From Batkoa obscura (Eukaryota): a stretch of DNA of 64,000 nt. This document shows positions 40,947 to 52,298 of this stretch, in pieces. Positions within the stretch are counted from its first letter, which is position 1; every line of letters starts with the position of its first letter. The position numbers and the translations under genes were made by a program. The notes beneath the pieces are model-generated. The model was not told where the DNA came from. It made no database searches and saw only the letters and a program-made list of their open reading frames with translations. Location: positions 1-64,000 of the forward strand of contig JASVEC010000027.1 of assembly GCA_030770535.1 (NCBI GenBank), read 5' to 3'.

Positions 40947-41289
40947 TAAGGAGTCACAATGCCAATTTATGTTTATCTTAACTATATTAATATAATTAGT
41001 TGTTTACATTAAAATAAATAGCTTTCTTCGTGAATCCTTTTTGTTGGATAACGAACTATTTTTATTTTTCATTGGGAGAGTATATGCTTCACAAAATTAA
41101 TAAAAGTCAAGATAAAAGATAAAAATCAAAGATAAATGGGAAGTATATAGATAAGTAAATGAATGAAATAAATACATAAATCTTTGTTGAATCTATTAGA
41201 AATTTCAATAATATATTTGAGCACTGAGAGCTTAACTAGAACATCTGTTCTAAAACTTCACAGCTTTGTGTGTATTTTTCATTTTAATA

Positions 41290-41482
41290 CAGGGTGTACA
41301 CAAGTTTTATAATCACTTTTAAAATAGTTATAACTATAGCAAGAAATAAAAAACAAAAAGAAACTATACGAATGTTATGTAGTTGAGCTTAAGTTTTTAT
41401 CCTAATTTTTGTTCTAATTTTTTTATTTCTTGCTGTATTTATAACCATCTTAAAAGTAATCATAAAACTTATGTGCACCCTG
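41290..41482. mobile_element. 193-bp MITE family B with ~65-bp imperfect TIRs, Tc1/mariner-type
   Basis: TA|CAGGGTGTACACAAGTTTTATAATCACTTTTAA...GCAAGAAATAAAAAA pairs with TTTTTTATTTCTTGC...TTAAAAGTAATCATAAAACTTATGTGCACCCTG|CA. Confidence 0.85.
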
Positions 41483-41773
41483 CAATTTAACGGTTTCAGA
41501 TATTTAGCTACAATATATAGAGTTATCCGAAGGATCAGCTTTTTGTTTTCCTATAAAAGCAATAAAGCAGAATAAAAAAATAACTACATTTTAATAGATG
41601 TCCTATTCCCGATTTTTTGTTTTTTCATAAGAAATATATTATAGATGTTACAAATACTAGAATATAAGATAATACAATTGGGAGTGCTTTGTAATTTTTT
41701 TAGATTGCCCAAAAAGATTAATAGCCATTAAAAAGTCAAATAAATATTATAATAAAGCTGAAAATAGCATAAT

Positions 41774-42826
41774 TATTTATTACATTTATTAAGTAATTGT
41801 TCAAGTATATGAAGGCGTGTAAATATTGGACCAACGTAATGTCCAACCCAACTAACTTTATTGATTTTGTTTTTCCAGTTACCAGAAAACAAATGTTTGA
41901 CTTTAGTTTTAGGGTTGTAGCCTCTATCTCCTCTAAAACCAATAGTTGTTAAATATATATTCCTTTATATAAAATCGGTCTTTGGTATCAAATTTCTTTA
42001 CATTAGCTATATTGAGATAATCGAGAATACCATCGGACCAAATACCTGGATCTATCCAACCTAAAGCATCATGATCATCTCAGTTCTTTCTTAAATTTAT
42101 CTCTAGTGTAATATTTTTAATTCGATTGATGAGATCCTATAATATTGGATGTCTTTTGATATATAAAAACGTCTATTGAGTAAACTGTATCCCTCTTGCA
42201 TAATCATTAGTTTTTCAACACCTAAAATTAAGATCTACGTTATATGCTTCAATTAAAATAATCATATATACACCTGGTACTCTGTCATTTCAGGTGTCAA
42301 TTGGCCTAATACACAATATATCGGTATCAATATAAGTGCCACCATAAAGGTGTAAAGCTATATACCTAAAATAATCAGCTTCAAGTAAAGGCATAGGGAG
42401 GGATTTGAAAGCTTCATAAATATATTTGGGGATGTTCTTATAAACAATATTGTCTATTTCAGCATCAGTGTATATTTTTAATTGATAAAAAGAGCTGTAT
42501 GTTCTGTATGATTCTAGGATATCTTTTTTGACATCTTTTTTAGCTCTAGCAGTCATATATAACGGCTTCAACATTTTCATTTCTCTATTTGCTGACTTCT
42601 CTTTCTTTGGATCAACATTTAGCTTTTCTATCTTTTTTACTTCTAGTTGTGTTTCTCTTTTATGTACTTGTTTAGCTTGACGTATCTTTTTGTTTCTCAA
42701 TAGTTGATCATACAATGCTTGTTTTATTTGGTTTTCGGAAATTATTAATGTAAATAACAATATCGCAGTGATTGCAAGCATAAATACTATAGTATAAGGT
42801 CTGAATCCATTGACTTGATGAGCCAT
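41774..42826 (-). pseudogene. GT32 (Och1-like, DXD) glycosyltransferase pseudogene, type II membrane anchor, intronless
   Basis: ADYFRY..GGTYIDTD, YARGIQFTQ*, HPIL, GWIDPGIWSD, VKHLFSGNWK motifs; five in-frame stops (42290, 42215, 42173, 42137, 42080) and one frameshift near 41950. 3' end approximate. Confidence 0.85.
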
Positions 42827-42891
42827 AGTCTCCCTTACTTTTCTAAACTAATTTTAAATCCAAAAGTTAAAACGTTTTTAATATAATATAT

Positions 42892-42990
42892 GCGGATGTT
42901 TTTTTTGGTTTCATTACTTTTTCCATTTTTTAAGTGCTATTTGAGCGGAAAGATTGTTAGTAAAATTCTTAAACAAAAAAATACATCCTC
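42892..42990. mobile_element. MITE family A, copy 7
   Basis: GCGGATGT / ACATCCTC termini, ATAT flanks (ATATAATATAT on both sides); 65 bp upstream of the GT32 pseudogene ATG. Confidence 0.85.
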
Positions 42991-44078
42991 ATATAATATA
43001 TAATAAATGGGTTACTATTGATATTTTTTATGAAGATAGTTTAATACTAAAGTTCCAAGCGTATATTTTTATATTACAATCACCTTATTTTTAATAACAT
43101 ATAAACTATAGTACTCAACAAAAACGGGTACAAGGGATTTGAAATCCTTAGATGTGTACAAGTGTTATTTCGATAAAGTGAAATGTAAACTTAACAACTC
43201 CGGAAATACTGGTAAGTTTTTACACAAAAACTTATCTGTTAGACTATAGCCTAATAACTCATACACTTGACATTTATATTTTTAGGTCATTTGTATTGAG
43301 AACTATTTTTTTGCACTAGACCTCAATTTAAATTTATAAATATAAAATATAAAAGTGATATATTTAAAGACAGACTATTCAAATTTTTATTAAAGTGTAG
43401 TCAGTTGGATCAAGATAGTATTCCCATTCATAATTGGAATTGTGGATTTCAATATAACATATCCATTAATTCCAAAGATAGTGTACTACTTCATTTACAG
43501 AAAAGCATCCAAATCTTTGGTTTGATAGAGGAAGTTAAATATTTAACTTACAATAAATCAACTAAAACTAAAGCTAATTTATGTATATTTTACTGAATGA
43601 AAGACAGCATATAAAAATGAATGCACCTAAATCATGGCTAGATTAGCAGTAAATAGTAGCTTTTATATTATAAAATATTTAGCTTTGGAAAATAATTGAA
43701 TAAAATACCTGTGTATTAAAATACAGTATTTTTATTGATAATTCATTTTTTTATAGTAATTTGACTTAAGAAAAATTACTAAAATGTTATTATTATAAAT
43801 TAGTTTTTATTATGGATCATAAACGAGGAATTCCATTTAGATACTTTGGTTCTGACCACATAGGACTAATAAATTAGTTTCAGGCATCAGTGTATCATTT
43901 AATCATCTCCAAATTTAAGTGAGTTAAAAAAAAAACTTGTAAAAAAATACAGCAAATAAGATTCTTGTGGGACAAAAATGGAAATCTGGCTTCAATTTCT
44001 AAAAACTTTACAATGAGAAAATATTTTTTAAATTTCATTTTCAAATCAAATTATCATAAATTTTTTTATCTTAATAGG

Positions 44079-45379
44079 ATGAGTGATAATAAAATCAATC
44101 CTTTAGTTCAATTAATCAATACCGAGAACATAGAAGCAGGCGTTAAAGAGGACAACTCAAAAGTTGTAGAGCAAAATAATGAAAATGGCCAAATAGAAAA
44201 CCAAAGTGAAGGCGAAAAAATAGAAGCTCAAAAAGAAGTCAAAAAAGAAATTAAAAGACATCCGGGATATGGGCCAGTACCCGAAGGAATGAGTAAGAGC
44301 GCATACAAAAAAATGAAGAAGAGGGAATTAAGAGAAGAAACGCACAAAGAATGGATAACTCAAGTACGCCAAAAACAAAAAATGAAAAAGAAGGAGCGCA
44401 AACAGTTAATAAAGCAAGGTAGCTATTTATCTTGATTAATGAAAAAATGTATTCAGTTTTATTATAGGATTGATTGAAGATCAGTATAAACCTAAACCGA
44501 AAGTTGAAAACCAAGTTGTTTTACCATTGAAAATTGTTATTGATATGGATTTTGATGAATTGATGAATGACAAAGTAATATAATTACAGCTTGAATAAAT
44601 GCATTAACATATGTATTAGGAAATATCCTCGGTTTGTAATCAAGTAGCTAGATGCTATGCATTTAATCGACAAAATGAAAATCAGGTCAACTTGTATGTA
44701 ACTGATATTAAAGGAAGGATTTTAGAGTATTTTAATACAAAGAAGCAAGACTCTAAAAATTGGAAAGATGTAACACTTACAGAAAACCATTTTGGCGATT
44801 TGATTAATAAAGAAGATACTGTTTATCTTACAGCAGATGCCGAAGATACTATTTCTGAGTTGGATGTCACGAAAACTTATATAATTGGTGGAATTGTTGA
44901 TAAAAATAGACATAAGGTTATTATTATTATTATATATATTACATTTATTTATCACTTATATTTAGTTTTTGACATTGAACAAAGCTAAAGAGTTGGGCAT
45001 AAAAAGTGCTAAATTGCCAATTGGGGATTATATAAAAATAGCAAGTCGTAAAGTATTAGCAGTGAATCATGGTATTAATTTTATAGATGTATTTTTTTTG
45101 AAATTTAATTTAATTTCTAATGTTTTAGTGTTTGAAATTTTATTGCAATATTTAAATATAAGGGATTGGGAGCAAGCGTTTTTAAAGGTTATACCACAAA
45201 GAAGACTTAGACAAAACATGAACATAACCGATGCCAATGAAAATGGAGATGAACAAGAAGACGAGGATGTAGATGACGCAAACGATAAAGAAGATGAGCA
45301 AGATGAAAATGATGAAGAAGAAAATCAAGAGGAGGATAAAAATGAAAACAATGATAAAAAAATTGATCAAAGTAATTGA
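44079..45379 (+). CDS. TRM10: tRNA (guanine-N1)-methyltransferase Trm10, multi-exon
   Basis: [52 protein letters not shown]...KVLAVNH-VFEIL, IPQR; acidic tail. Confidence 0.94.
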
Positions 45380-45404
45380 ATAAAATGATATAGATAAGCA
45401 ATAA

Positions 45405-47028
45405 TTACAAATTTAATGCAAGGTAAATGGTGTACTCTGGATTGAGAAGATCTGAAATACCCCAGTTAGGGTCAGTTTGAATAAAACCTGCTGAGTTTGC
45501 TACAACTAGCTCTAATTTAAATAGAATACTTAAAACTTCTTCGCCGTTAGCTGCAAAATCTTGATTATCTTTGAATTTCTACAAATCATTAGTATTTATA
45601 AAATTTAGCATTATTATTATTTACTTCTACCATGTTACTCACTAAACGTTCTCTATCTGGTGCAGTATATAAATAATCCACTATTTCTGACATTAAAGTA
45701 GCAATGGATTTTGGAAAAAACAATAGGAATTTTTCCAATAAGCCTGGGCTATACTTTTTAAATTCCAATATTAACTTTTCTTGAAGTTGATTTGTTATCT
45801 AAAAATTAAAATTGAATCAAAACAATTAAAAAAGATTTAAGGTTAATTACAATGTCCTTCATTTTAATAAGCTCAGCCTCAAGTGTTTTCAATAGTCCTT
45901 TTAACCCTAAATGAAATTTATAAATCTAAATTCCATGTGATTAAAAATAGATTACCATTTCTATCTTCAATGATATAAGTATTCTGTTGAAAAGATACAA
46001 GAATTTGTTTTAATACTTCACGAACACATTGGATATCTAGCTTGATAGTTAGTAACTTAAATAATATTTTATACTCTGCTTACCGCTATCATTAGTCTCC
46101 CACTTGGTATTATCAATTCTTTGAACTAATAAATCGTAACGTTCTTTTTTACGCTCTAGTTCATGAACCTTTACTTCTGTTTTTAAAAGTGCCTCTTTGT
46201 TGGCTTTTCTTTTATTTTCAATCTCGAGATAATCTTTTTTACTTTTAAATATTAACATTTCTCTTAATATTTCCTATTGACAAATTATATTAAATATTCT
46301 AATTATAGTAAATAGAGCAATTTACCTTATTTACCACCCCCCCTTTTTCTAAATTTTCGACCCAATATTTCATTCTTTCATATTCTTTTTTCTAAATTAT
46401 GAATTATTTTTTGTTTAAACAAGAGTCAAATGATCTACCTTTTCGTTATTAGCAATTTCTTTTTTAAACTTAATACCACTCAATTTTTCTGCCCTTTCTA
46501 TTACTTTCGCTTTATTTTTTTTCAAATCTTCAACGTCAATATCACCAGCTTGTACATCTAAATAAAAATCGATCTATTTACACTGGTTATCCAATTTATC
46601 TTTAACTTTTAACTTTTCATTACTTCTTGCATATAAATTTTCGATAGCTCTAATAGCTCCTCTAGTCGCTCATTACAAACAATTACTAATCCTGGTAACT
46701 TTGGAGTTATTGTTTGGGCTCTTTTTTGTTTAATTGTTTCCATCTCCCGATTTGTATAAATCTCATGTTGCTATTAAATTTTAGTTTCTTTTAGTTGTTG
46801 AACTTTATATCTTTTTAAAAATGTTTTACTTGAGTAAACCTTGCTATCTTATTAAATCGACTAAACTTGTCACTGGCTATTTTGATCTCGTTAACTCCAG
46901 CTAATAACTAATAGCAATTTGAGTTATTTCATTTTTTCGTTATTTAATTTATTTACCGCCGCATTAACATTACTTAGTTTTTTTGTGCATTCTTGTATTG
47001 TATCTTCTATTGTTGGCGCCTTGTTCAT
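45405..47028 (-). CDS. Multi-exon coiled-coil protein; N-terminal half resembles DASH/Dam1 subunit Spc19, with a long C-terminal extension
   Basis: Continuous spliced frame: MNKAPTIEDTIQECTKKLSNVNAALLAGVNEIKIASDKFSRFNKIARFTQQHEIY...ITPKL...KKEYERMKYWVENLE...TIYLALNL*. The gene model is well supported; the Spc19 identity is by pattern only. Confidence 0.55.
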
Positions 47029-47671
47029 TTCTTGAAATTTTTATTAAAATAATTAAAATCTTAAATAAAAATGAGACTATTTTTTACGTTTTATATTTTT
47101 TAATTTTTAACTTATTTTTGAAGATTGCAAAAATCGAATTTCAAAGTTGCAACTCTTTTGAGTAATAAAGTAATATTTTAAATAATAATAGTTATACGTA
47201 AAGGCCCATAATAGTAGCTATAGCTATATAATCATCGATTTTGTTTATACAAAATACATGAAAGATCCAAGACAGTATAAATGTGTTAAAGTTAGCCATG
47301 GGATGTATATATTAGATTTAAGTTACTTTGAACAGATTCACCACTCTAATGAACTTTTCTACTGGTTCAAAGCCATGTTACCTATTTGACTTAAAAACGG
47401 CTATGACTTAATGTTGAAACACAATGGTCTGTTAACATCTCCTTATTATCTTTAATTGAGTTTAATAAACTAATTAAATATCTGTATAAATTAATAATTA
47501 TAATTTTTTTTCACAAATCAGATACAATAAATTTTAAATAGTTAATCTATTCGACTTGATTGGTTATTTTTTAAAAAGGTAATAGCAAATTCATCAAAAC
47601 ATAACAAGAATAAATTTAAATAGTTTTTATATTAATATATAGCCGGAGATAATCTTGATGTTAAAGGGTTA

Positions 47672-48864
47672 TTAATATCTACGTTGACTAGGGTCAATAA
47701 ACCCCCCTGGACCTGGTGGGTTGTTAGATGGTGGATTACCTTGACCTGGGAATCCAGGTTGTGGTGGATAGCCTTGGTTACCGCCATATCCTCCTTGATT
47801 TCCTTGGTTACCACCGTATGCTCCTTGATTTCCTTGGCTTCCACCGTATGCTCCTTGATTTCCTTGGTTTCCACCGTATGCTCCTTGATTTCCAGCATAT
47901 GCTCCTTGGTTTCCACCATATCCTCCTTGTGGGTCTTTGTAATCACCACCAAAGCTACCGCCTTGTGGACCGCTACTATAAGATGGAGGTTGTCCATAGC
48001 CACCTTGGTTACCTCCATAGCCTCCTCCTTGATTAGAATTATTATAACCTCCTGGACCTTGTGGTACATTTGGAGCAGATCCTGATCCATATTGATTGCC
48101 TCCATAGCCACCTTGTTGGTTACCTCCATAGCCACCTTGTTGATCACCGTATTGTTCATCTACAAGTTTCATTGCATTAGCGGCAGCTTCTGCTGCAACA
48201 GCCTCGCGTGATGTCTCAATATCTCTCTTTCCTCCCATTCCCATAAAGCCGCTACCACCTTGGGTGTTTTTATTAAACATCTTTACTGCTTGAGCCATAG
48301 CTACACCAGCAACCATTTTTTTCAAAAAGGCATAATGTACAGTTTTACCTTGCTTTTTTTGGTAATTTTGGTAATAATTCATTGCAGCAAAACCAGCGGC
48401 ACCTGCAATAAGTTTAGTTGTCATAGTAGTACCACCTCCGCCCTAATTATTAGGTTATTTTAAAAAGCATGTTTAGAATAAAAACTTACTCTTGCGGTTA
48501 CGTTAGCTTGATCAAACATATCTCTTGAGCGGTTAGTATCAATATCTACATTCATGTGTTGAGCCTTTAATCAAAGGTTAGTAAAAAATAATTCATTGAT
48601 AAAGCTACTTACTTTATTAAAAGCGTTTTGCAAATCATTACTTGAGAAGCTAAGATCCCTTTCACCACCAGTTAAATTTTTAGCAATTTCCCAAGGTTCG
48701 GCGTTAGGATTAATGGAATCAAAGTCAATCTCATCAAAGCTTTCGCTGCTACCTCCAAAGTTACTTGGAGGTCCCGAGTTATATCCCCCTTGATTAAAGC
48801 CACCTGGTGGCCCTGAGTTGTATCCTCCTTGGTTAAAGTCTCCTGGATAATTATTATATGACAT
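47672..48864 (-). CDS. CipC/DUF3759-like domain protein with G/Q/N/Y-rich prion-like flanks, 3 exons
   Basis: KLIAGAAGFAAMNYYQNYQKKQGKTVHYAFLKKMVAGVAMAQAVKMF resembles the CipC-like core; GGNQGAY repeats; introns 48565-48611 and ~48443-48489. Confidence 0.75.
47772..47891. repeat. Coding minisatellite, 4 x 30 bp (encodes GNQGAYGGNQ on the - strand)
   Basis: ccttggtt(a/t)ccaccgtatgctccttgattt units read directly. Confidence 0.9.
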
Positions 48865-49137
48865 TTTTAAATTTAAACTGATCTTTTGTAAATAAAAAAC
48901 TAATCCATTCGTATTTATAAACCCATTTAAATAATCATATTTTAGGAATTTATGATATCATGCTCCACGTCACATTCTGTGTCTTGGCGGCCAATTACAT
49001 TGCTGTTTGTTTTTTTAAAATCCAAACCAAGCCAATCATTAGCCAAACATGCCAAACCTATGGCTAACGTTTGTTTCATTTTTGCCCATTCTTTGCAGAA
49101 AAATTGACAAAAAAAACAAAGTTAATTTATAAAATAT

Positions 49138-49231
49138 GGGAGTGTTTTTTTGATTTTATTACTTTTCCATTTTTAAGTGCTATTGAGCAGAAAAAATGTC
49201 AGTAAATTTCTTAAATAAAACATGCATCCCT
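49138..49231. mobile_element. MITE family A, copy 8
   Basis: ATAT|GGGAGTGT ... GCATCCCT|ATAG; internal sequence matches the family. Confidence 0.8.
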
Positions 49232-50014
49232 ATAGCTTTTTATAACAGCTTCAAAGTTATTTAAAAGATGCACAGTTTGAAGTACGAACATGTTTTATGA
49301 AAAATTGATTTATTTTTAAAGAGCAAGGGGCTCTTTAAAATTCTTAATTTCTATATCTAAAGTGAACAGTAGTGTTTCAGCGTTGACAACAAAATCAAAC
49401 ATGAATGTCTTTTTATTATTTTGTCTATCTATTATGCCACTTTAAAAAAATTAAATACTGAAATAAAAAGACCATCTGCAAATTCTAAAAATGAGTAGTT
49501 CCCAAAAATTGATTAGGTTTAATTTATTAAAAATTAATTATATTCTTATAGTTACTATATGGTTTTCAATGTGTAAATAAATATATTTTCATATTTTTGA
49601 ATGGTTCTTTATAATAAGAGCCAAGCTTTATATGATAATTGCTTGTTTTCTAAGTTAACTATAATAATTAAAATATATATTGATTACAAATCGTCATTTA
49701 CTAATATGTCAAAAAATCAAAAATATTGATTGTTGTTTTTATAAAACGTGATTTCAAATTAAGTATTTATTGAATAAAATAGCAATTAGTTACTTATAAA
49801 TTTACATAAATATAGTATTTTGAAGTTTTAAAACTATATTATCTATCAAGTTTAGTCTACCATAGAAATAAAACTTTAATTTTTTGTTTTCTGTTTAGGA
49901 ATCAGATGTACTTACATTATAAAACAATAACTAACAATCATTTATTGCTTCAATAATATTGGCATGGAATGTAATGTTTCACAACCAAAAGAGGGAGAAG
50001 ATAAGACCTTACAT

Positions 50015-51188
50015 TTACTCTGTAGCGCCAAGTTCCTCATTCTCAACTCCTTTCTTAAATGATTCCATCCAACCCTTAACTTTTTCATAAACCATGAAAG
50101 TAATGGCTTGACCTGGTGCAACTCTCATTAAACGGGGTGTTAATCCTTTATAAAGTGCTCTCCATCCTTCTTCTTTTACCATTTGTGTGACTATATTTTT
50201 AGTACGTGTTAAACTCGATTCCCCGGTAAGATTAGGTGTCTTTTGAATACGTGTTTTAATAGTATCAATGGGTGCATTAGACATTGGTCCCATAGCTCCA
50301 CTTAAACCACCCAAAAGCAAATGTTGATAACTAGGTAATTCAGTTTTATCTGGTTGAGCATTTAACGCCATCTTTTTGAATTCTTGATAGGCAGCGAAAT
50401 TTACAGCTTGGTTGGTAGCTAACAAAGTGATAAATACTAAAGTATTTTAAATAGAAAATAAAGTTACCTTGTCTTAATGCGGTTAATGCTAAACCTTTGT
50501 AAAGTGCACCAATACCTTCTTCTTTAACAATTAAATAAGCGGCATGACCTGCATTACGATATTTGGGAACATCTAAAGGATCAACCATGGAGTGGCGCTG
50601 AGCTTGCAATCGAATTTTAATTACATCCATAGGGGTAACAATTAAAACTGCTTCAGTTATACCAGCTCCTAAACCAGCTAGAAAAAAGAGTTAACATTGC
50701 ATTACTTTTTTAAACAACAAAAATTACCAAAGAATGTTTTGTAAACGTTTCCCTTTCCTTCCTTATTTGCCAATACGGATTTATAGTATTCAAAGGAAGA
50801 AAACCTTATTGCCATTTTAGGTACAATACCGGATACAACGGCTCCCAATCCTTTATAGAGAGCAAGGGTACCTTCTTTTTGTACTATTCTGGATCCAACT
50901 GAAAAGAAGCTTCCACTTTGCTATAAATATTTAGAAAAGGTCTTCACATTTAATAAGGATATAAAGTTTAATTACCTTTGTACGTTTCAATTGCATTCGA
51001 ACTTTTATAGTATCAAGCGGATGGCATATACAAGCTTCCATTAAACCGGCAGCACCACCGGCAATAAGATGAGTGGCGAGGTTTGGGGTAACTTTCTTTC
51101 TAACCTCTGTAGTGTTATTTAAAGTAGCGGTACTTGGTTTTGGAACCAAGTTTAATTTCGAGTCTCCACCATCTACAGTTTGTACCAT
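50015..51188 (-). CDS. SFC1: Mitochondrial succinate-fumarate carrier, multi-exon
   Basis: Three PxDxxKxR motifs; CHPLDTIKVRMQL, GIVPKMAIRFSSFE, QRHSMVDPLDVPKYRNA, LTALRQATNQA, RVAPGQAITF. Confidence 0.93.
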
Positions 51189-52298
51189 TTGTTACTACTA
51201 GTTTTCTAAAAAATATATAAATTTTGATAAAAAAAAAGTTGAGCTGTATTTAAATATTTTCTATTTATCCTTTAATTTTCATCTCCATGAGGTAGTTAGT
51301 CTATAAAATGAGGTAGTCATTCACTGTAATTCAACTTCTCATGAAAATTAAACATTTGTTTAGCAGTCACTCTTTCAATTCTAACTTTGGTAATTTAAAA
51401 CCTTATTTAAAAAATCAATTGAAGAATTCAACCGACTTCTCCACTTTACAATGATCCAATAAAATTTGATTATACTATTGTATAGGCGACATCTATTAGC
51501 TATAGTAGAATTGAGTCTGAATTAGGTTTGAATTAAATCTATTAAAACGAAATTTAGAATTTTTAAAGTATGAAATTAAGCCAATTAGTGTATATTTTTC
51601 ATAAGTTAGTTAACTATTACTTAAACAGTGCCACTTATTTTTAATTATTTAATACTTAAATTATTACTATAGGTTACATTTTAAATTATTTCATTGTTAT
51701 GTTGTAAATATCGTCTATAGTAAGATTTTATTCTATTATACTATCAGATTATAAAAATGGTTGTCTATTTTTATTTTAGACAATTTAATTTAACATCAAA
51801 AAATAGAATTTATCATAATTTATTTTTATACAACTATTATTTATCAGCATTACATTGTGTATCTTTATTATTTATGTAACTTTTACCTTTTCCATTATTA
51901 CAATGAAGGACTATTAATAGATATTTAAATAAATCAAGCTTTATTTTGTAAAGCTTCACTATTTGAAATGATACTATAATATATTGGAAATTGATAATTT
52001 ATTAAAATTTGTGTCGAGATTTTCAATATGGTTTATGAAATTAATTCACTGATTTTGAAGTTAATTTTAATTTATCAAAACATTGAATTTATTTTATAAT
52101 TATGAATATTAATACCAATGACAAGTAAGCAAATCAACACAACATCAATAAAACATATTATTTATTAATAATAAAGACTTTAATCCAAACACATTAAAAC
52201 CCGAGTAAAAGAATGAGATTATTATATATTAACATAGATGATCTGAAAAAAACAACTCAGCTCATTTTGATCGATAGAAATAACTTAAACGTTTCAAA

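Noticed and set aside
42080..42292. Alternative nuclear genetic code (TGA/TAG = Trp)
   Set aside because: Intact genes use TGG for Trp and terminate at TGA (homeobox, P450-2, TRM10) or TAG (TF, F-BAR). Internal stops are confined to genes that also have frameshifts.
43965..44078. N-terminal extension of TRM10 in the ORF track
   Set aside because: Starts at TTG in AT-rich leader sequence; ATG at 44079 is the plausible start.
47772..47891. CRISPR-like array
   Set aside because: Head-to-tail coding repeats with no unique spacers, in a eukaryotic gene.
47632..48159. 175-aa alternative-frame ORF and antisense ORFs 47684-48085, 47728-48036
   Set aside because: Shadows of the repetitive Gly/Gln-rich coding sequence.
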